Source of the DNA: Callorhinchus milii
Lineage: Eukaryota
DNA: 64,000 nt
NCBI RefSeq assembly: GCF_018977255.1
Contig: NW_024704742.1
Span: 100,132,001-100,196,000 of the forward strand
Direction of reading: 5' to 3'
In this document: positions 1 through 13,105 of the stretch, piece by piece
Layout of the letters: each line of letters begins with the position of its first letter
Position numbering within the stretch: the stretch's first letter is position 1
The notes under the pieces: generated by a model
What the model was told of the DNA's origin: nothing
The model's input: the letters and a program-made list of their open reading frames with translations, nothing else
The model's database searches: none
Made by a program: the position numbers and the translations under genes

Positions 1-53
1 ACGTTTTAAGACCTAAAGCCGAGGTCCTGTCTGTCTGTTCTGGTGGAGGTTAT

Positions 54-200
54 GAACATAAGAATATACGAATTTGATCGGCAAAAGAACACCAAGTTCC
101 ATCTAGTTCACCTTCCACCTTTCTGGCAGTCGCATGACATGTTGTGTCTCAAACTATATATGGTATCCCTTAATAATATTTCCTAACAGAAATTTATCTA
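54..200 (-). mobile_element. CR1-like LINE 3' end fragment (second copy at about 37618-37757)
   Basis: Starts with a cataagaa-type tail and shares about 140 bp with 37618-37757 (ccttccacc...ctggcagtc...aaactatatat...tttcctaacagaaat). Confidence 0.55.
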
Positions 201-212
201 AGATAGAATCCT

Positions 213-927
213 CATATCCGCGCCACAACTGGCACCGCCTTCCATCACCTCCGAAATATCGCCAGACTACGGCATTACCTCACCCCTCACGCTGCTGAAA
301 CTCTGGTCCACGCCTTTATCACCTCAAGGCTGGACTACGGGAACTCTCTCCTCGCCGGCCTTCCCGGCACCTCCCTCCACAAGCTGCAGGTCATTCAGAA
401 CTCTGCAGCTCGTGTACTGTCCCGCACCAGGCTTCGGGACCACATCACTCCCACCCTCGCTCGCCTCCACTGGCTCCCCATCCCCCAGAGGATCGAATTC
501 AAGATCCTCATCCTCACCTACAAGGCCATTCACGGCCTTGCTCCCACCTACCTCTCCGACCTACTATCTCCCTACCTACCTGCCCGTACCCTCCGTTCCT
601 CTGGCTCCGGTCTGCTCCACATCCCCCGCCCCAACCGCCCTACCATCGGTGGCCGGGCCTTCAGTCTCTCAGCCCCCATGCTCTGGAACTCTATCCCCCA
701 GTGCCTTCGCCGCCTCCTCCCTTTCCTCCTTCAAGGCTAGTCTCAAGACCTTTCTCTTTGACTGTGCCTTCAGCTCCCCTCTCGACTCTCTATCCCCTCC
801 TCGCTCCCTCCCTTCCCTCCCCTCACCCTGACCATTTCCCCCCTGCTCGGGTCCTGACCCAACTGTACAGCGCCTTGGGACGTCCTCCCGACATGAAAGG
901 CGCTCAATAAATGGAATCTTGTTGTTG
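213..927 (+). mobile_element. Young L2 LINE, 5'-truncated 3' part
   Basis: Encodes the L2 ORF2 C-terminus (AFITSRLDYGNS...LQVIQNSAAR...LHWLPI..RIEFKIL). Ends in the stem-loop agcgccttgggacgtcctcccgacatgaaaggcgct and a (TGT)n tail. Confidence 0.9.
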
Positions 928-3782
928 GGCACTTTTCGAAAAGAGATGGGAGTTTCTCCAGGTGTCCTGGCCAAAGATCTTCCAGGCAAACATTGGTTAT
1001 TTACTTTGGGGCTGTACGTGGGGCATTGCTGTGTGCAAATTAGCTGCCACATTCGCTTACAAATACACAGTCACTACACTTGATGGAAACTTTGTGAAGC
1101 GCTGAGATTTTCTTGACATTTAACAGTTATATCAAATTCAGGTATACATTATAAAAAAAGAAAACATGTGCCAAAATGCTCACACAAAACACATGATAAT
1201 ACACAGATCCAGTATGAAGAATTGTTAGTATGAGGTATTGTCAACCTAATGGGCAAATTTGTCAGCAAGTGCTGAAAAGCCTACGTTCCATTTAACATGG
1301 GGGTCAATAATTCCACGGGGTTGGTGAGGGAGGTGGAGAAAGAGACCAAAATTTCCAGTTGGTATAGCACCTTTCACGTTGGTAGGACGGACATCTCAGT
1401 TGTTTGCCGGTTTCGCTGGGGTAACTGTTCTAAAAATAAGCCGCATCAATTCCTCATCTGAAAAAAGTGGCACGTTGAAAGAGAATGCTAATCACTGTGC
1501 TCAAAAGGAAACCTGTTTTGAAAAATCCACCTGTAATCAAACCTGCCCTCTATTTAAAATAATTCACAACTTGAGCGGCTGATTTCTCCAATCACCACAG
1601 AGCCAAAACGTTACTAAAATAGCTATCAATTACGTTCCATTTTTGGAATCCAATTTGGTTTATTTTTACTGAGAAATTTTTGTAGTTTTAGGAAGAAAAG
1701 CAAAACTATCTGAGGCAGATAAGGAGAAAAATAACAGTATATTTTAGAGCTTAATACTTAATGGTATCATGAAAGTTAATGGATATCGATTCAGGCTTTA
1801 TTGATGAAGCAGAACCTTGTTCTGATGCAAGTCAGATTTACTGCAATCATCAACCAGCAGAAAGCTGAGTTGTATAACCTGCAATCGGGATGAAAATCAA
1901 CCTGTATTGATAGCTTTCAAATTTTGCTTCAACACAATTTCAGAACCAAATATTCCAGGACCAATTTTGTGAGTAAAATTGATTCAGTGAGCATTTAAGC
2001 AAAATGAGAAAAACAGCAATTTGGAAACAAAAGCAACATTCAGATATAGAAATGGCGCTGTTAAGCCCTGAATGCTCCTGCATGAAGTCTCAGCTGAGTG
2101 AAAAGATTACATAGCTAGGTCAATAAGCGTTGGGCAGAAAGAATTAAATCTTCCCATTTCAGTCCTCTTACACATTGTATCCACATTATCTCAGTCAAGC
2201 AGCTACTTAGAAGTCTGTCTGAACCAATCATTTAATTTTTTTTCCAAATAATCCAAACATATCAAGAACACATTACTGTAAGCAAAACCCTAAGAACCAA
2301 TAGCTCAGATAATTCCGCTCTCATGAATTTGCCTTCTTTAAGCAAAATAACTTTTTAGCGTTTATAAACCACCTTTTTGATAAATAATAATTGTTGCCTT
2401 TGATACAGTGCCTTATTAGGTCATTGCGATGTCTCAAAGCGCTTTTACTTTTTGAACTGGATTAAACATGCTTCATTTATACTGTTGAAAAGCAATGTGG
2501 AACAGGGAATGACAGTTATAATGCTTCAATCCAAAATTCAATAGGCAAAAAGCTTTAACTGGGGCCATTTATTGAGTGGAAACCAAATCAATTTCCATCA
2601 GTATTTATACTAGAGGTACAAGTTTGTTTATCGAGAAGCCAACTAACTCTTCAAGGCAACTTTGGCAAGCAGACTCCAAGCGCTATTCGCTTCACATCAA
2701 GATTAACAACCAGTGTAGGATATCCCTTTAAGAACTAAAAGGCAATTAAAGAGCCAATAAAATAAAGACACTGGAGTGGAGCAAATTGGGGTGCAGCTAT
2801 GGTTGGTTGTTTGGAGTGCTATGCGTTGAGAATAAAGAAATTTACTAACACACCTGTGCTCTGGATTAAGAATTATTACAACCATGAGCAGGATGTATAA
2901 TGTGTCCTACAACAACAACAACTTGCATTTATATAGTGCACGCCAGCGGGGTAGTGTCCCAGAGAGCTTGACAGTGGTGGATTCTGACACTGAGCCAGAG
3001 CGAGAGGGAGGGGTGAGGTGACCATAAGCACGATCAAAAAGGAAGGACTTTAGTTGGGATTTTAGTTAAATTGGCTTGAAAAGCTCAGTATAAATAGAGA
3101 ATTAGTCATGTTTGGCGCAAAATTGACACGACAACATTTAAATGCAAATTTAACACCACAACATTTAAACTGGTACAAATTCGTCCTAGCACCCATTTCT
3201 ATTATTAATCTGTGAGAAAGTGATTTAAATTGAATTAAAATGTCATTAGCTCTTTTATACTGAGGATACAAAGTCTGTATTTATGGACACATATACATGG
3301 CAGAATCCAGCATCAGTATAAACAAAGAGTCCAAGTTAAAAGTAAGTCCTCGAGTCTGATTCAGAGACCAACCCAAGAAGATTTTATCATCGGAACCCAG
3401 TGATCAGAGTTCAATTCATGGTAGATGATAACTGCAGTTTTAACAGTTAAGATGTTATACTTTTACATTTGCCGTCTCAGTAATATGACTTAACAAGGAT
3501 ATATTTATACCCATTTCGATGTTATTAACCAATTGGGAATTATTTCAACAAATTCTATCAAATTTTACCCACAGAAGCAATCAGGTCGTAATTCACTCTA
3601 ACCAACCAACGTAACAATCCACAAGATACAAAGAAAAGTCCTGTCGTCAATTGTGGTTGATGATGATCTAGTCCATCACTCAAATATATTTTTGTTCACT
3701 ATTATTGTGAGCATTTTAGTCGTCATCTCCTTTGGAAAACTTTGTTTAAAAAGCATTTCTTAAGTTTCAACAAGTTAACATA

Positions 3783-4135
3783 TTTCCACACCTCTGGCGC
3801 TGACAGCATCACCACCCATGGATGCACACTCCACCTTACTGAGCCAGTCCGGAACCCTGGCGTCTTGTTTGACCCTCAACTATCCTTCCCATCTCTCGTC
3901 TGTGCCATGACCCGCTCTGCACCTCCGCCACATCACCCGGCTCCGCCACTGCCTCTCCCCTCAGACCACCAAAACCCTCTTCCAGACATTTATTATCTAG
4001 GCTCGACTACGCCAACTCCCTGCTTGTCGGCCTTCCCAACTCTTCTCTCCACAAGCTGCAAATCATCCAGAACTCTGCAGCTCATGTGTTCTCCCGCACC
4101 AGACTCCGTGACCCTACCAGCCACACGCTTGCCCG
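3783..4135 (+). mobile_element. L2 ORF2 fragment, degenerate
   Basis: TSGADSITTHGCTLHLTEPVRNPGVLFDPQLSF matches the other L2 copies in the window. Confidence 0.8.
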
Positions 4136-4240
4136 ACTCTACTATATATAAATAAAATAATCCTGTGCAATTAAAACCTGAAATTATAACATTCAATCAC
4201 AGTTATTAATTGATAAAGAATGTCTTGAAAGGGCACCTAC

Positions 4241-4475
4241 CTTTTCCTAAATGCGTGTTTATACTCATGTATCTTGCCGTTCCAGTAAGGCTCTTGTGTT
4301 CTCTGTAAGGGATGTGTTTTTTTGTCTCTGGGTCTATGTATTCCTTAGCAAGGCCAAAATCTATTATGTGAATTACATTCTGATTTTTGCTCCCCGGTCG
4401 TCCCACCAAGAAGTTTTCAGGCTTTACATCTCTGTATATCAAGTTCTTTGAGTGGACATATTCCATTCGGGAAAT
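4241..4475 (-). CDS. CSNK1G3: Casein kinase 1 gamma coding exon (catalytic loop, DFG and activation segment; equivalent to human exon 6)
   Basis: Translates [78 protein letters not shown], with the CK1 signatures [15 protein letters not shown] and [12 protein letters not shown]. Acceptor is ttccataag|ATT, donor is AAAG|gtaggt, length 235 nt, phase 0 to phase 1. The G3 paralogue call rests on [11 protein letters not shown] plus GRPG, as I recall the human paralogues. Confidence 0.93.
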
Positions 4476-4912
4476 CTTATGGAAGGCGCAGGTAGAAGAA
4501 GGAAAAAGAAAAAGGACACAAAACATGTTAATACAAAGCCAAAGCAAACTTTAATAACACAAAAAGCAACCAACAGAACTTTTCCCCGCAACCCTTTGTT
4601 TACAGAGAAATATCTGGTACTCATACAAAAATAAAATGGTGGAGACCAGAAGTATGCACAGACATGAAATTGTTGTGGTATTTAAAAAAATCAGTCAAAA
4701 ATCTGGCCAATTTTCTCCCCTCCTGTTGAAGGCATTGAATTCTTATCTTCTCCCACTTTGATTTCCCCCAACTGGACTACAATTTCACAGGCGCCCGTCA
4801 TCCGCTAACTGTATCCATTATTTAACAACATACTCCACGTGAGGCATAGGAACCCTGACCCATTTGGCTCCTGCCAACATGCGGTAAACAGGATGTACCC
4901 CTCCAGGGAGAG

Positions 4913-5222
4913 AATAATAATGATCCTTGTATTTGATATAGTGCTTTCATGTCTTCTAGACGTCTCAAAGCGTTTCACAGAATATACTGTAAAGTGAATT
5001 GACTGTACATTTTGTGGGTGAAACGCAGCAGCCAATTGCACACAGCAGTGCCCCCAAACAGTTGTGGATTGAAATGACCAATTTATTATTGTTTTTTTCT
5101 TGAGGGATTATTATCAGGTGTGTGGAGTAAGGAAACTTGCCCAAGGTTTCGCCCTACCGGGAATCAAACCCAGGTCTCTTGCTTGCGAGGCGAGTGCTCT
5201 AAACACTGAGCTACAGGACTCC
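4913..5222 (-). mobile_element. tRNA-derived SINE, short subfamily
   Basis: Head GGAGTCCTGTAGCTCAGTG..TAGAGCAC (A box) and GGTTTGATTCC (B box), body ccttgggcaagtttccttactccacac, L2-type tail and (ATT)n. Confidence 0.9.
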
Positions 5223-6677
5223 ACAGTGAATTGTGTGACTTGATGAGCTGTGAGGATGACCAATTGAGCCAGTGACCAAGTCAGTGACCAAATCACACAA
5301 TTCAGTGTAGAAAGAAGCAGCAAACTACTGTATTCTTCAAGTAGCTAAAAATAACTTGATCTTTTCACACCCTGCCTGAATCACAGTCAACTTGACTTGT
5401 GGCCCATTTGCAAATATTAATTAACATCAAGTAATGAGCTTGGTAAATAAACAGCACAATACCAGGGGTGACAACTGAGTGTTTGTAAGTGGGATGAATT
5501 CCAATGCAGCTTTTGCAAAGCTTTTTTAAAATAACAATAATAATAATAAATAATCCTGAATTAATTGTGACGCAATACTGAAGGGAGAAGATAGGACATG
5601 CACTTTGAATTGCAGAAGATTTTCTCTTTCTTAAAATCAGCATAGTATTTATTACATTACAGAAACTATAAATGTTTGTAATCAATGTACCATTCACTGT
5701 AAATAAAGCTGTCATATCATCAGTGCTCTTCCGTCCCCTTTTCAATTATTAATTCAAGAATGTTTCTTCACACTAAGTTTTTAAATTTAGTTAAGCAAAA
5801 AATGCATGGAGATTATACAAACACAGACAGAAATAACAGACATTCAAGAGTTAAAAATCAAAACACTGGCTGTGAGGAATAGCCAGAAAACCAAAAACAT
5901 GACTGCGTTCCCCATTTGAAAAGTTTGTTTTAAATCTGTTTGTTTTAAACACGGAATTATATAGATATATTTTTTAAAAAAAACTTTCTTGTCAAGAACA
6001 GGCGCTCCACAATTAGTGACTTGAGCAAATGTTGGTCTTTACACCAGGACCGAAAAAGGCAGCCTCTTCTTTGATCTGTACTCACAGAGTTAAGCGATCT
6101 CAATGCTGGGGGCTGAATTTTTTTTTAGTATCAAGTATCCAGCAAAATCAAAACCTTTCCAACATAAAGCAACGCAGAATGTAGGTCCTTCCCCAAACCT
6201 CCCCTCACCCACCTCGCCCCCACCTCCCGGTTTAGTAGATCACCCCTGCATTTGCCACACTTTCTACACTGATGTCCTGAGTTTTTAAAGTCAGGGTAAA
6301 TTTCTGCTAGAGAATGGAAATTTGGTTGTGGATCAAGACTGAGATTCCTGAAACTTATTTTGCATCAAACCCTTTCAACCCAGGTACTCAGTTTAATTTA
6401 AAGCCATAAATTCAAACATCTGAATCATAACCATTCAAACGAAAGAAGGTCCATCACTATTTTGGGGGTCAACTGCATATCTAATATATGACTACATCGT
6501 AGAGCACCTGTGGGAAGTTCTGAACATATTGTGTTTTATTTCAGAATCAAACCAAAAGGATGGCCCTGGTGTAGTCTGATGTACAATTATGCCCTGGTAG
6601 TAGGCAGAATATCAACTTAAGTGAAAATCCAACACAGCAGTTATACACAAAGGATAATATCTTGAAGTACTTTACTC

Positions 6678-6790
6678 TTCGACCGTGCTTACAGCCACCT
6701 CCCCTCTCCCCCCCAGCTCAGTGTCAGGCTCCACCACTGTTAAGCGCTACCGTGCGTGGAGGGTGATATATAACTGCAAGTTGTTGTTTA
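6678..6790 (+). mobile_element. L2 3' end
   Basis: cttcgaccgtgcttacagccacc...gttaagcgc...gcgtggagggtgatatataactgcaagttgttg. Confidence 0.75.
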
Positions 6791-6865
6791 CAGAGATCGT
6801 GCCAGACACTGAAATGGGAGGGCAATGGCTGTAGGCAAGGCCAGAGGCAGATTTTCTGGAGGCTT

Positions 6866-6952
6866 TGAAAGAAAGAACAAACAAAAGGAAGAGGGAGAGA
6901 GAAAGAGAGAGAGAGAAAGAAAGAAAAAGAGAGAAAGAAAAAGAGAAAAAGA
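6866..6952. repeat. Polypurine (GA/GAAA) simple repeat
   Basis: gaagagggagagagaaagagagagagagaaagaaagaaaaagagagaaag. Confidence 0.85.
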
Positions 6953-6969
6953 CAGACACAAAGACAAAA

Positions 6970-7500
6970 TAACAACTTGGATTTATATAACACCTTCCAC
7001 GCCAGACGGCATCTCAGAGCGCTTCACACTAACGGATCCCGGGACCAGACCAGGGGGAGGGGGAGGAAGGTGGCCAAAGGCGCGGTCGAAGAGAAAGGTC
7101 TTCAGCAGAGACCTGAAAATAGGGAGGGGGCAAGGCGAAGGGAGTGAGGAAGGGAATTCCAGAGCCTCGGGGCATAGTGGCTGAAGGCACGGACGCCGAG
7201 GGTGGAGCGGAGGACTCGGGGGACGAGGAGGAGGCCAGACCCGGAGGAACGAAGGCAATGGATACTGTTTTGAGGAGAGAGGTCAGAGAGGTAGGGGGGT
7301 GCAAAGGAGTGGAGGGATTTGAATACAAGGGTGAGGATCTTGAAGTTGATCCTCTCTGGTCCTCTCTGGGATAGGGAGCCAGTGCAGTCTGGCAAGGACT
7401 GGGGTGATCGGGGAGCGGAGTTTCGTGCGGGTGAGAATGCGGGCGGCAGTTTTGAATGATCTGGATTTTATGGATGGTAGTGGATGGGAGACCGACGACA
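6970..7500 (-). mobile_element. L2 3' part (second subfamily)
   Basis: ORF 7102..7395 reads RINFKILTLVFKSLHSFAPPYLSDL...RAFSHYAPRLWNSLP. The 3' stem-loop is AGCGCTCTGAGATGCCGTCTGGCGTGGAAGGTGTT. Confidence 0.88.
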
Positions 7501-9084
7501 GACAGACAAACTGATTTGGGAAGTGTGGAAGGCAGAGAGGGTAGCCAAATGTTCAGTCGAAGAAGAGGAAGGAATATGGGATGGAGCTCCATAGGGTGGA
7601 GGCAGAAAGGCTGAAGGCCTTACTTCTGATGGTGGGGCGGGCCAGGTGGGGGACGTAGAGCCTGGTGAGCGGAGGGAGCAGACAGACTGATAGGCAGGAA
7701 GGGAGGGCGAGAGCGTTTAAGGGTTTATAAATTAGTATGAGGATCTTGAAGTTGATTCGCTAGTACAATAATAGGATGTTAAACAAATAAAAGCATTTGG
7801 GTGGAGCACAGTTGAGGAAGATTTTCTCTGCATCTGCCTTTGCCAAACCTGACCTGGACATGGGAAAAGTTTCATTCCTCATTTTTATCAGCCCACAAGA
7901 TAAAAGTCACAATGTTTGCAACATGTCCATGTTATAAAAAACCTCAAGACTTCAATGACGGGAACNTTTTTTCTCAAACAGACAAGAATCCAATTGACAG
8001 ACATTCACCACCATCCTCGCTTTTGAAGCAAAGCCAGAGTTTGATATGAAGTCTGATTATAAGTCATTTGTGGTTCTTCATTACTACAATGGCAGCTTTG
8101 TTAAGAGGCACACATGCAATTCACAGCAAAACAATTTTTAAAAAAAAACCCTAATCTGTCAACAATGATCACTTAAACGTTTTAGAACTGACCATTTTCA
8201 ATTTATTGAGGTGGTAAATAAATGCTGCGAGTGTGTGGTTTCATACTGGGCAGGTATCCAGATACTATTTTCAAAAGAATTACTCTGAAGACTGCAGTTG
8301 GCCACTTTTAAGTCTGATGTAAAGTCTGATAAAGCCTTCCAGTGTTGGAGGTAAGAACTCTGTGATTGCACACAGACACTTACAAAGATCCAGGCATGGC
8401 TTCCAGCAGGTATTTTTCAAAAGCAATCTCAGCTCTGATAAAAGAAGCCATTCATGAAGTTTGAGCAAATCCACTGAGCGCTTCACGACTATTATAGTAA
8501 TGCGACAAATCAGTGCTCACGGCCGTCATGTTCAGAAGCGGACACAGACAGATGTAAGAGATTTGCAGTGTGTGCAAAGCTGACAAGTACTTGCAAAATC
8601 TGGTAACTGGCCATATAAACAATATTTTATCCTGATTGGCCTATCCAGTTTCCGGAGAAAGACTGAGCCCTTGGTGACGATCTGCATTGACACGATGGAA
8701 TGTGTGTCTTCTCGATAGGAACCCGCAGATGAATCAATTCAAAATTCTTTCACATGTTTTACTTAAATCTAAAAATAAATGTCTGAGTTTGAGATGATGA
8801 GCTATCCTACATCACAAAATTCTACATCTACTTTTTATATCCACTTTTTACTGCCACTGTCTGTGTGTGCAATTACACTGGAGCAAAATAAGATGTGTTA
8901 TTAGGTAGGAGAATTAAGAATACCTAATTCAACCTGATGCTTACAATGGTACATAGTTTAGAGTTTGGCTGACGAAGAATCGAGAAAATTGCATGTCTCC
9001 AAAATAATTATTTTTTTACAAATTAAGTTGAACTTTTAATCAGAGGAACTTGGAGAGAGACAATGTCGGTGAGTAGAGAGATCA

Positions 9085-9575
9085 AAAGATCCAGCTCATT
9101 CAAAACTCTGCTGCCCGCATACTGATCCAGACCAAACTATGTACCCACATCTGACCAGTTCTGGCCAGGCTCCACTGGCTCCCCATCACCGAACGGATTG
9201 ACTTCAAGATTCTCACACTCGTGTTCAAATCCATTCACTCCCTCGCACCTCCCTACCTCTCCAACCTCGTCACTCCCCAATGCCTCTGCTTGACTGGCAC
9301 CGCCCCCTGATCATTCCTCGCACCCTCCACTCCACCATCGGAGGTCGCGCTTTCAGCCACTACGCCCCGAAACTCTGGAACACTCTCCCTCAATCACTCT
9401 GCCTTGCCCCCTCTCTCCCCTCTTTTAAGTCCCTCCTGAAAACTTTCCTCTTCGACCATGCTTACAGCCATCTCCCCACTCCCATCGGCTCGGAATCTGT
9501 CTCCGCCACTGTTAAGCGCCCTGAGATGCTACCCTGCGTGGAGGGCGCTATATAAATACAAGTTGTTGTTGTTGT
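9085..9575 (+). mobile_element. L2 3' part
   Basis: ORF 9280..9555 reads STIGGRAFSHYAPKLWNTLPQSL...FKSLLKTFLF. Ends agcgccctgagatgctaccctgcgtggagggcgctatataaatacaag(ttg)n. Confidence 0.88.
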
Positions 9576-9664
9576 AGATTGAGCCCAAATACAAATGATT
9601 GATACACGGAATGTAAAAGATCAAAGAAGTGGAGTACAATGACAAGTAGAAGGTAACAGTAGAG

Positions 9665-9919
9665 CAGGGAGTCCAACCTTTTGGCTGCTGAGGGCCGGGT
9701 GCTGGATTTGAGAAACGTCCACAGCTCACATAATAATAAATAATAATACACATAAGCAATTATTTATCCTGAGTGGTCAGTCCCATTGCCAGGCAGAGCC
9801 TGAGCTCATGATGACCATGATGACCATCTCCTGCGTGTCGTATTTGCTCTTCAGACAATAAAGTTGGAAGTGGTTCTCAGGCCGAATGAAACCATCCCCC
9901 GGGCCAGTTGGACCACATG
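9665..9919. mobile_element. Non-autonomous hAT (Charlie-type) MITE
   Basis: Imperfect TIRs CAGGGAGTCCAAC and GTTGGACCACATG, GGCC-rich subterminal motifs, and flanking 8-mers cagtagag / taatagag (6 of 8 identical, TAGA core typical of Charlie target sites). Confidence 0.6.
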
Positions 9920-11297
9920 TAATAGAGCAAGACTGATGTAACTGTGAGCAAAAACAACACTTCCCAAAGCCGAGTCACAATGAAGCCACCTTTTCCGCGA
10001 CCCCCCCTCCCCCCTTCCCACACACACACATTCACCCTTGCCGAGGATAATCAGAAATCACTCAGACAACAGACAACTGAGTGAAGTCCTTGCTCTCACA
10101 AGTTGAATAGCTTGTTCCAGAAATTCCTCCCAACAAGAACAACACAACAACTGTACATGAAGTGCATCAATATATTGCCAGCAATCTCCAGATCCAAAGC
10201 CAAGACAGGACTTACTAACAGCCCAATAATGCTATTATATGCGAGCCTTGAATAGCCTAAATGCATTGTTCATGTCAGGACAAAGAAAGTACTACCGCAG
10301 ATAATCAAGTGCAAACAGTCACTTATTTAAATCTTTTGCAGACAACTAAGAACTGTGTCAGATTTTGAACTGTGTGCATATTATTTCTCATTACTCAGGG
10401 TTGAGACATTTTTTTCCCTCATTTTCCTCTTTATTTCCTTCCTGTATAATCACTCATCTATATCAGGGGCGTAAGGAGTCCTATCCAGGCAGATGAGTCC
10501 TCCGTGATGATGTTGAAAGCAGCTACATGATATAAGAGATGGGGATTGATGCAAAGCAACCCTGGGCAAGGCAATCATGCAGAGCACGTTTTTATGTAAT
10601 GCACTGAACAGGCTGCAGATTGTTGTCACCACTGAGAAGCTCAAATGCTGAGCAACAAGAACCAACCTTACAGCCTCTAACCTTTGAACCTGTGCTCTTC
10701 CCACCTGGGAAGATCTTTACCCAGTATCAGTTTGGTAACTTCTCAGTAAAATCCTAATCTCCATTGCGAGTGACCATCCATGTTCTACCAACCAAACAGA
10801 AACTTATTTCTCAATCCAAAGTGCTGTGGTGAAGAGAAAGAAAGTGTGCAGAGGTTCGCTACTTTCAAGTACCACCCAGACACTTTTTGGAGCTTTTTCC
10901 TGTTGTCAACTTTGAGGCACCAGACTTGGGAAAGACAGGTAACCGTATGGCAGTTCTTATTCATACCATTCTACAAATTTTTACCATACATATTTATGCA
11001 CAAGGGTTCAGGCTCCAGGGTACCCAAATTCAGTTCTGAGCAGTAATCAAACTGCCAGCTCAACACAAGCTTTGAGATCTCCCCTTGTGGTCAGGTGTTC
11101 AGGAACATCCAGCTTCACAACTTCGAGGAACTGAGGTGGATATGTTACCAAGCCAGTAGTGGTTAAAGAAGTCAAGTCAGAGGTCAAGGAGCAGGCAGTT
11201 TCATTTCAAAATGCCACTACCAGTGCACACTATACATAAGAATTGTCAAAGTCATGAATGATGCTACAGTGCAGCACATAGAGTCAATCTCCACAGT

Positions 11298-11623
11298 TAA
11301 TAATAATAATAATAATCCTTGCATTTGATATAGCGCTTTTCACGTCAGGAGGACGTCCCAAAGCGCTTCACAGAACACACTGTAAAGTGAATTGACTGTA
11401 TATTTGTGGGCGAACGGGGCAGTCAATTGCGCACAGCAATGTCCCACAAACAGTCGTAGACTGAAAATGACCAATTTATTATTGTTTGGTTTTTTTGGAG
11501 GGATTATTATTAGGCTCTGTGTGGAGTAAGGAAACTTGCCCAAGGTTTCGCCCTCTGCCTGGAATTGAACTCAGGTCTCTCACTTGCAAAGCGAGTGCTC
11601 TAACCACTGAGCTACAGGACTCC
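11298..11623 (-). mobile_element. tRNA-derived SINE, short subfamily, with target-site duplication
   Basis: Full head, body and tail. The direct repeat ctccacagtta occurs at 11289-11299 and 11620-11630. Confidence 0.93.
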
Positions 11624-11687
11624 ACAGTTAGCTTCTAATTTAATATGAAGGAATAGTAAGTACAGTGCATGCCTCTTATAACGCAAA

Positions 11688-11985
11688 TAGATCAATGGCA
11701 AGCTCTGCGGTTTTACCTGGTTAGGCTCTGGCAGTAACCCAAAGCATGCTATGGGTCTCCAAGCCTTGGCTTTTGCCAATCTGCACCTAATACTTTCTGG
11801 AATTAGGTAAGCAGGATGTGTCCTGGGAGAGAGTGCCCATTCCATTCCAAAATTCTACCAATCTACACCCATGTGTAGGTCGGATGCAATGAAATCTCAG
11901 TTTGGTTTGGATACGTTTGCGAGTGTGTGGTGCTATACATGGTGATTCGTTTCTGCATGTGTAAGACACCCAGCTGACCGCCCCA
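11688..11985 (-). repeat. Unclassified dispersed repeat, copy 1 of 4
   Basis: Its reverse complement begins GGTCAGCTGGGTGTC...GTATCCAAACCAAACTGAGATTTC and is collinear with 45161-45475. Confidence 0.75.
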
Positions 11986-12373
11986 CCCCCCACAAAAAAA
12001 TTTACGTAAATTTGGTTAGAACAGAATAGTACTATGGACCAATTCTTTATACGTGTTGGCCATCTTTCATGGGTCAATTAGCTGACTTCTGGGTTAATAG
12101 GATGGCAATGTCACTTCCTACTTTGTGTATGTGCAGCAAAGAAGTGGGGCTACAAAGCACATGTGCAGTGAAACTGGCTATAGTGCTGGTTGGGATTTTA
12201 TCGATCCCAACTTCTGCAGTAAAATGGTCTCCACTATTGTTTATTCTTTTTAAAAATCTGACAAGCACACAAAGAAGCCTGACACACAATAACTCTTCAT
12301 AAAGCTCAGAGACAAACATATTGACTGAAATCTCTGGCCCTTTTCAGCGCAACGTAAGAAAGGAAATACTTAC

Positions 12374-12522
12374 CAGTTGAATAGCAATCATAAGCACAGT
12401 CTTCAGGGAAAATGTTCTGTCACAAAGATCAAACAAGTCTTCCAAACTAGGTCCTAGTAATTCAAGCACCATAGCATTGTATTTTCCACATGGCCCAAAA
12501 TAGTAAACCTGAGGAACTCCAT
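12374..12522 (-). CDS. CSNK1G3: Casein kinase 1 gamma coding exon (hinge region; equivalent to human exon 5)
   Basis: Translates (D)[49 protein letters not shown]. Acceptor is T-run-aattgacag|AT, donor is CTG|gtaagt, length 149 nt, phase 1 to phase 0. It joins in frame to the 4241-4475 exon. FSLKTV favours G3 over G1/G2 (FTLKTV). Confidence 0.93.
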
Positions 12523-12789
12523 CTGTCAATTAAAAAAAAAGAAATATTAGAATATTTTGCTGCTATATTATAACCTAACTTACCATAATTCAACACTATG
12601 TAAAGATTGTGATTAGAATATTTAATTGTGATATAAAATAAGTTGCTGATTCTGACCAAAATTCTCAGTCAACGCACTGTAACTTGTTATATAAACATGG
12701 TTCTCTGAATAGGAGGAGTTTCTCTGCAATGGTTTTCAATTAACTGCCTAAGCAAGCTTACTGGTATCAATATATGGTGAATTAGAACA

Positions 12790-13105
12790 AATAATAATAG
12801 TAATCCTTGCATTTGATAAAGTGCTTTTCACGTCTTCAGACGTCTCAAAGCGCTTCACAGAATATGCTGTAAAGTGAATTAACTGTATATTTGTGGGCGA
12901 AACACGGCAGCCAATTGCGCACAGGGGGTCCCACAAATAGTCGTGGATTGAAAATGACCAATTTATTATTGTTTTGTTTTTTTGGAGGGATTATTATTAG
13001 GCGTGTGGAGTAAGGAAACTTGCCCAAGGTTTCTCCCTGCCTGGAATTGAACCCAGGTGTCTCGCTTGCAAGGCGAGTGCTTTAACCACTGAGCTACAGG
13101 GCTCC
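12790..13105 (-). mobile_element. tRNA-derived SINE, short subfamily
   Basis: Full-length copy, about 270 bp upstream of the 149-nt exon. Confidence 0.92.

Larger units (their letters stand above)
1..1142 (+). mobile_element. Old Deu-domain SINE split by two nested insertions
   Basis: Bases 1-52 (aaagccgaggtcctgtctgtctgttctggtgga) and 928-1142 (ggcacttttcgaaaagag...gtgtcctggcca...ttgctgtgtgcaaattagctgcc...tgtgaagcgct) are collinear with the intact copy at 19845-20225. Confidence 0.7.

Noticed and set aside
7966..7966. Single N bases at 7966, 14471 and 56915
   Set aside because: All border homopolymer runs, so they are assembly or heterozygous-indel ambiguities.
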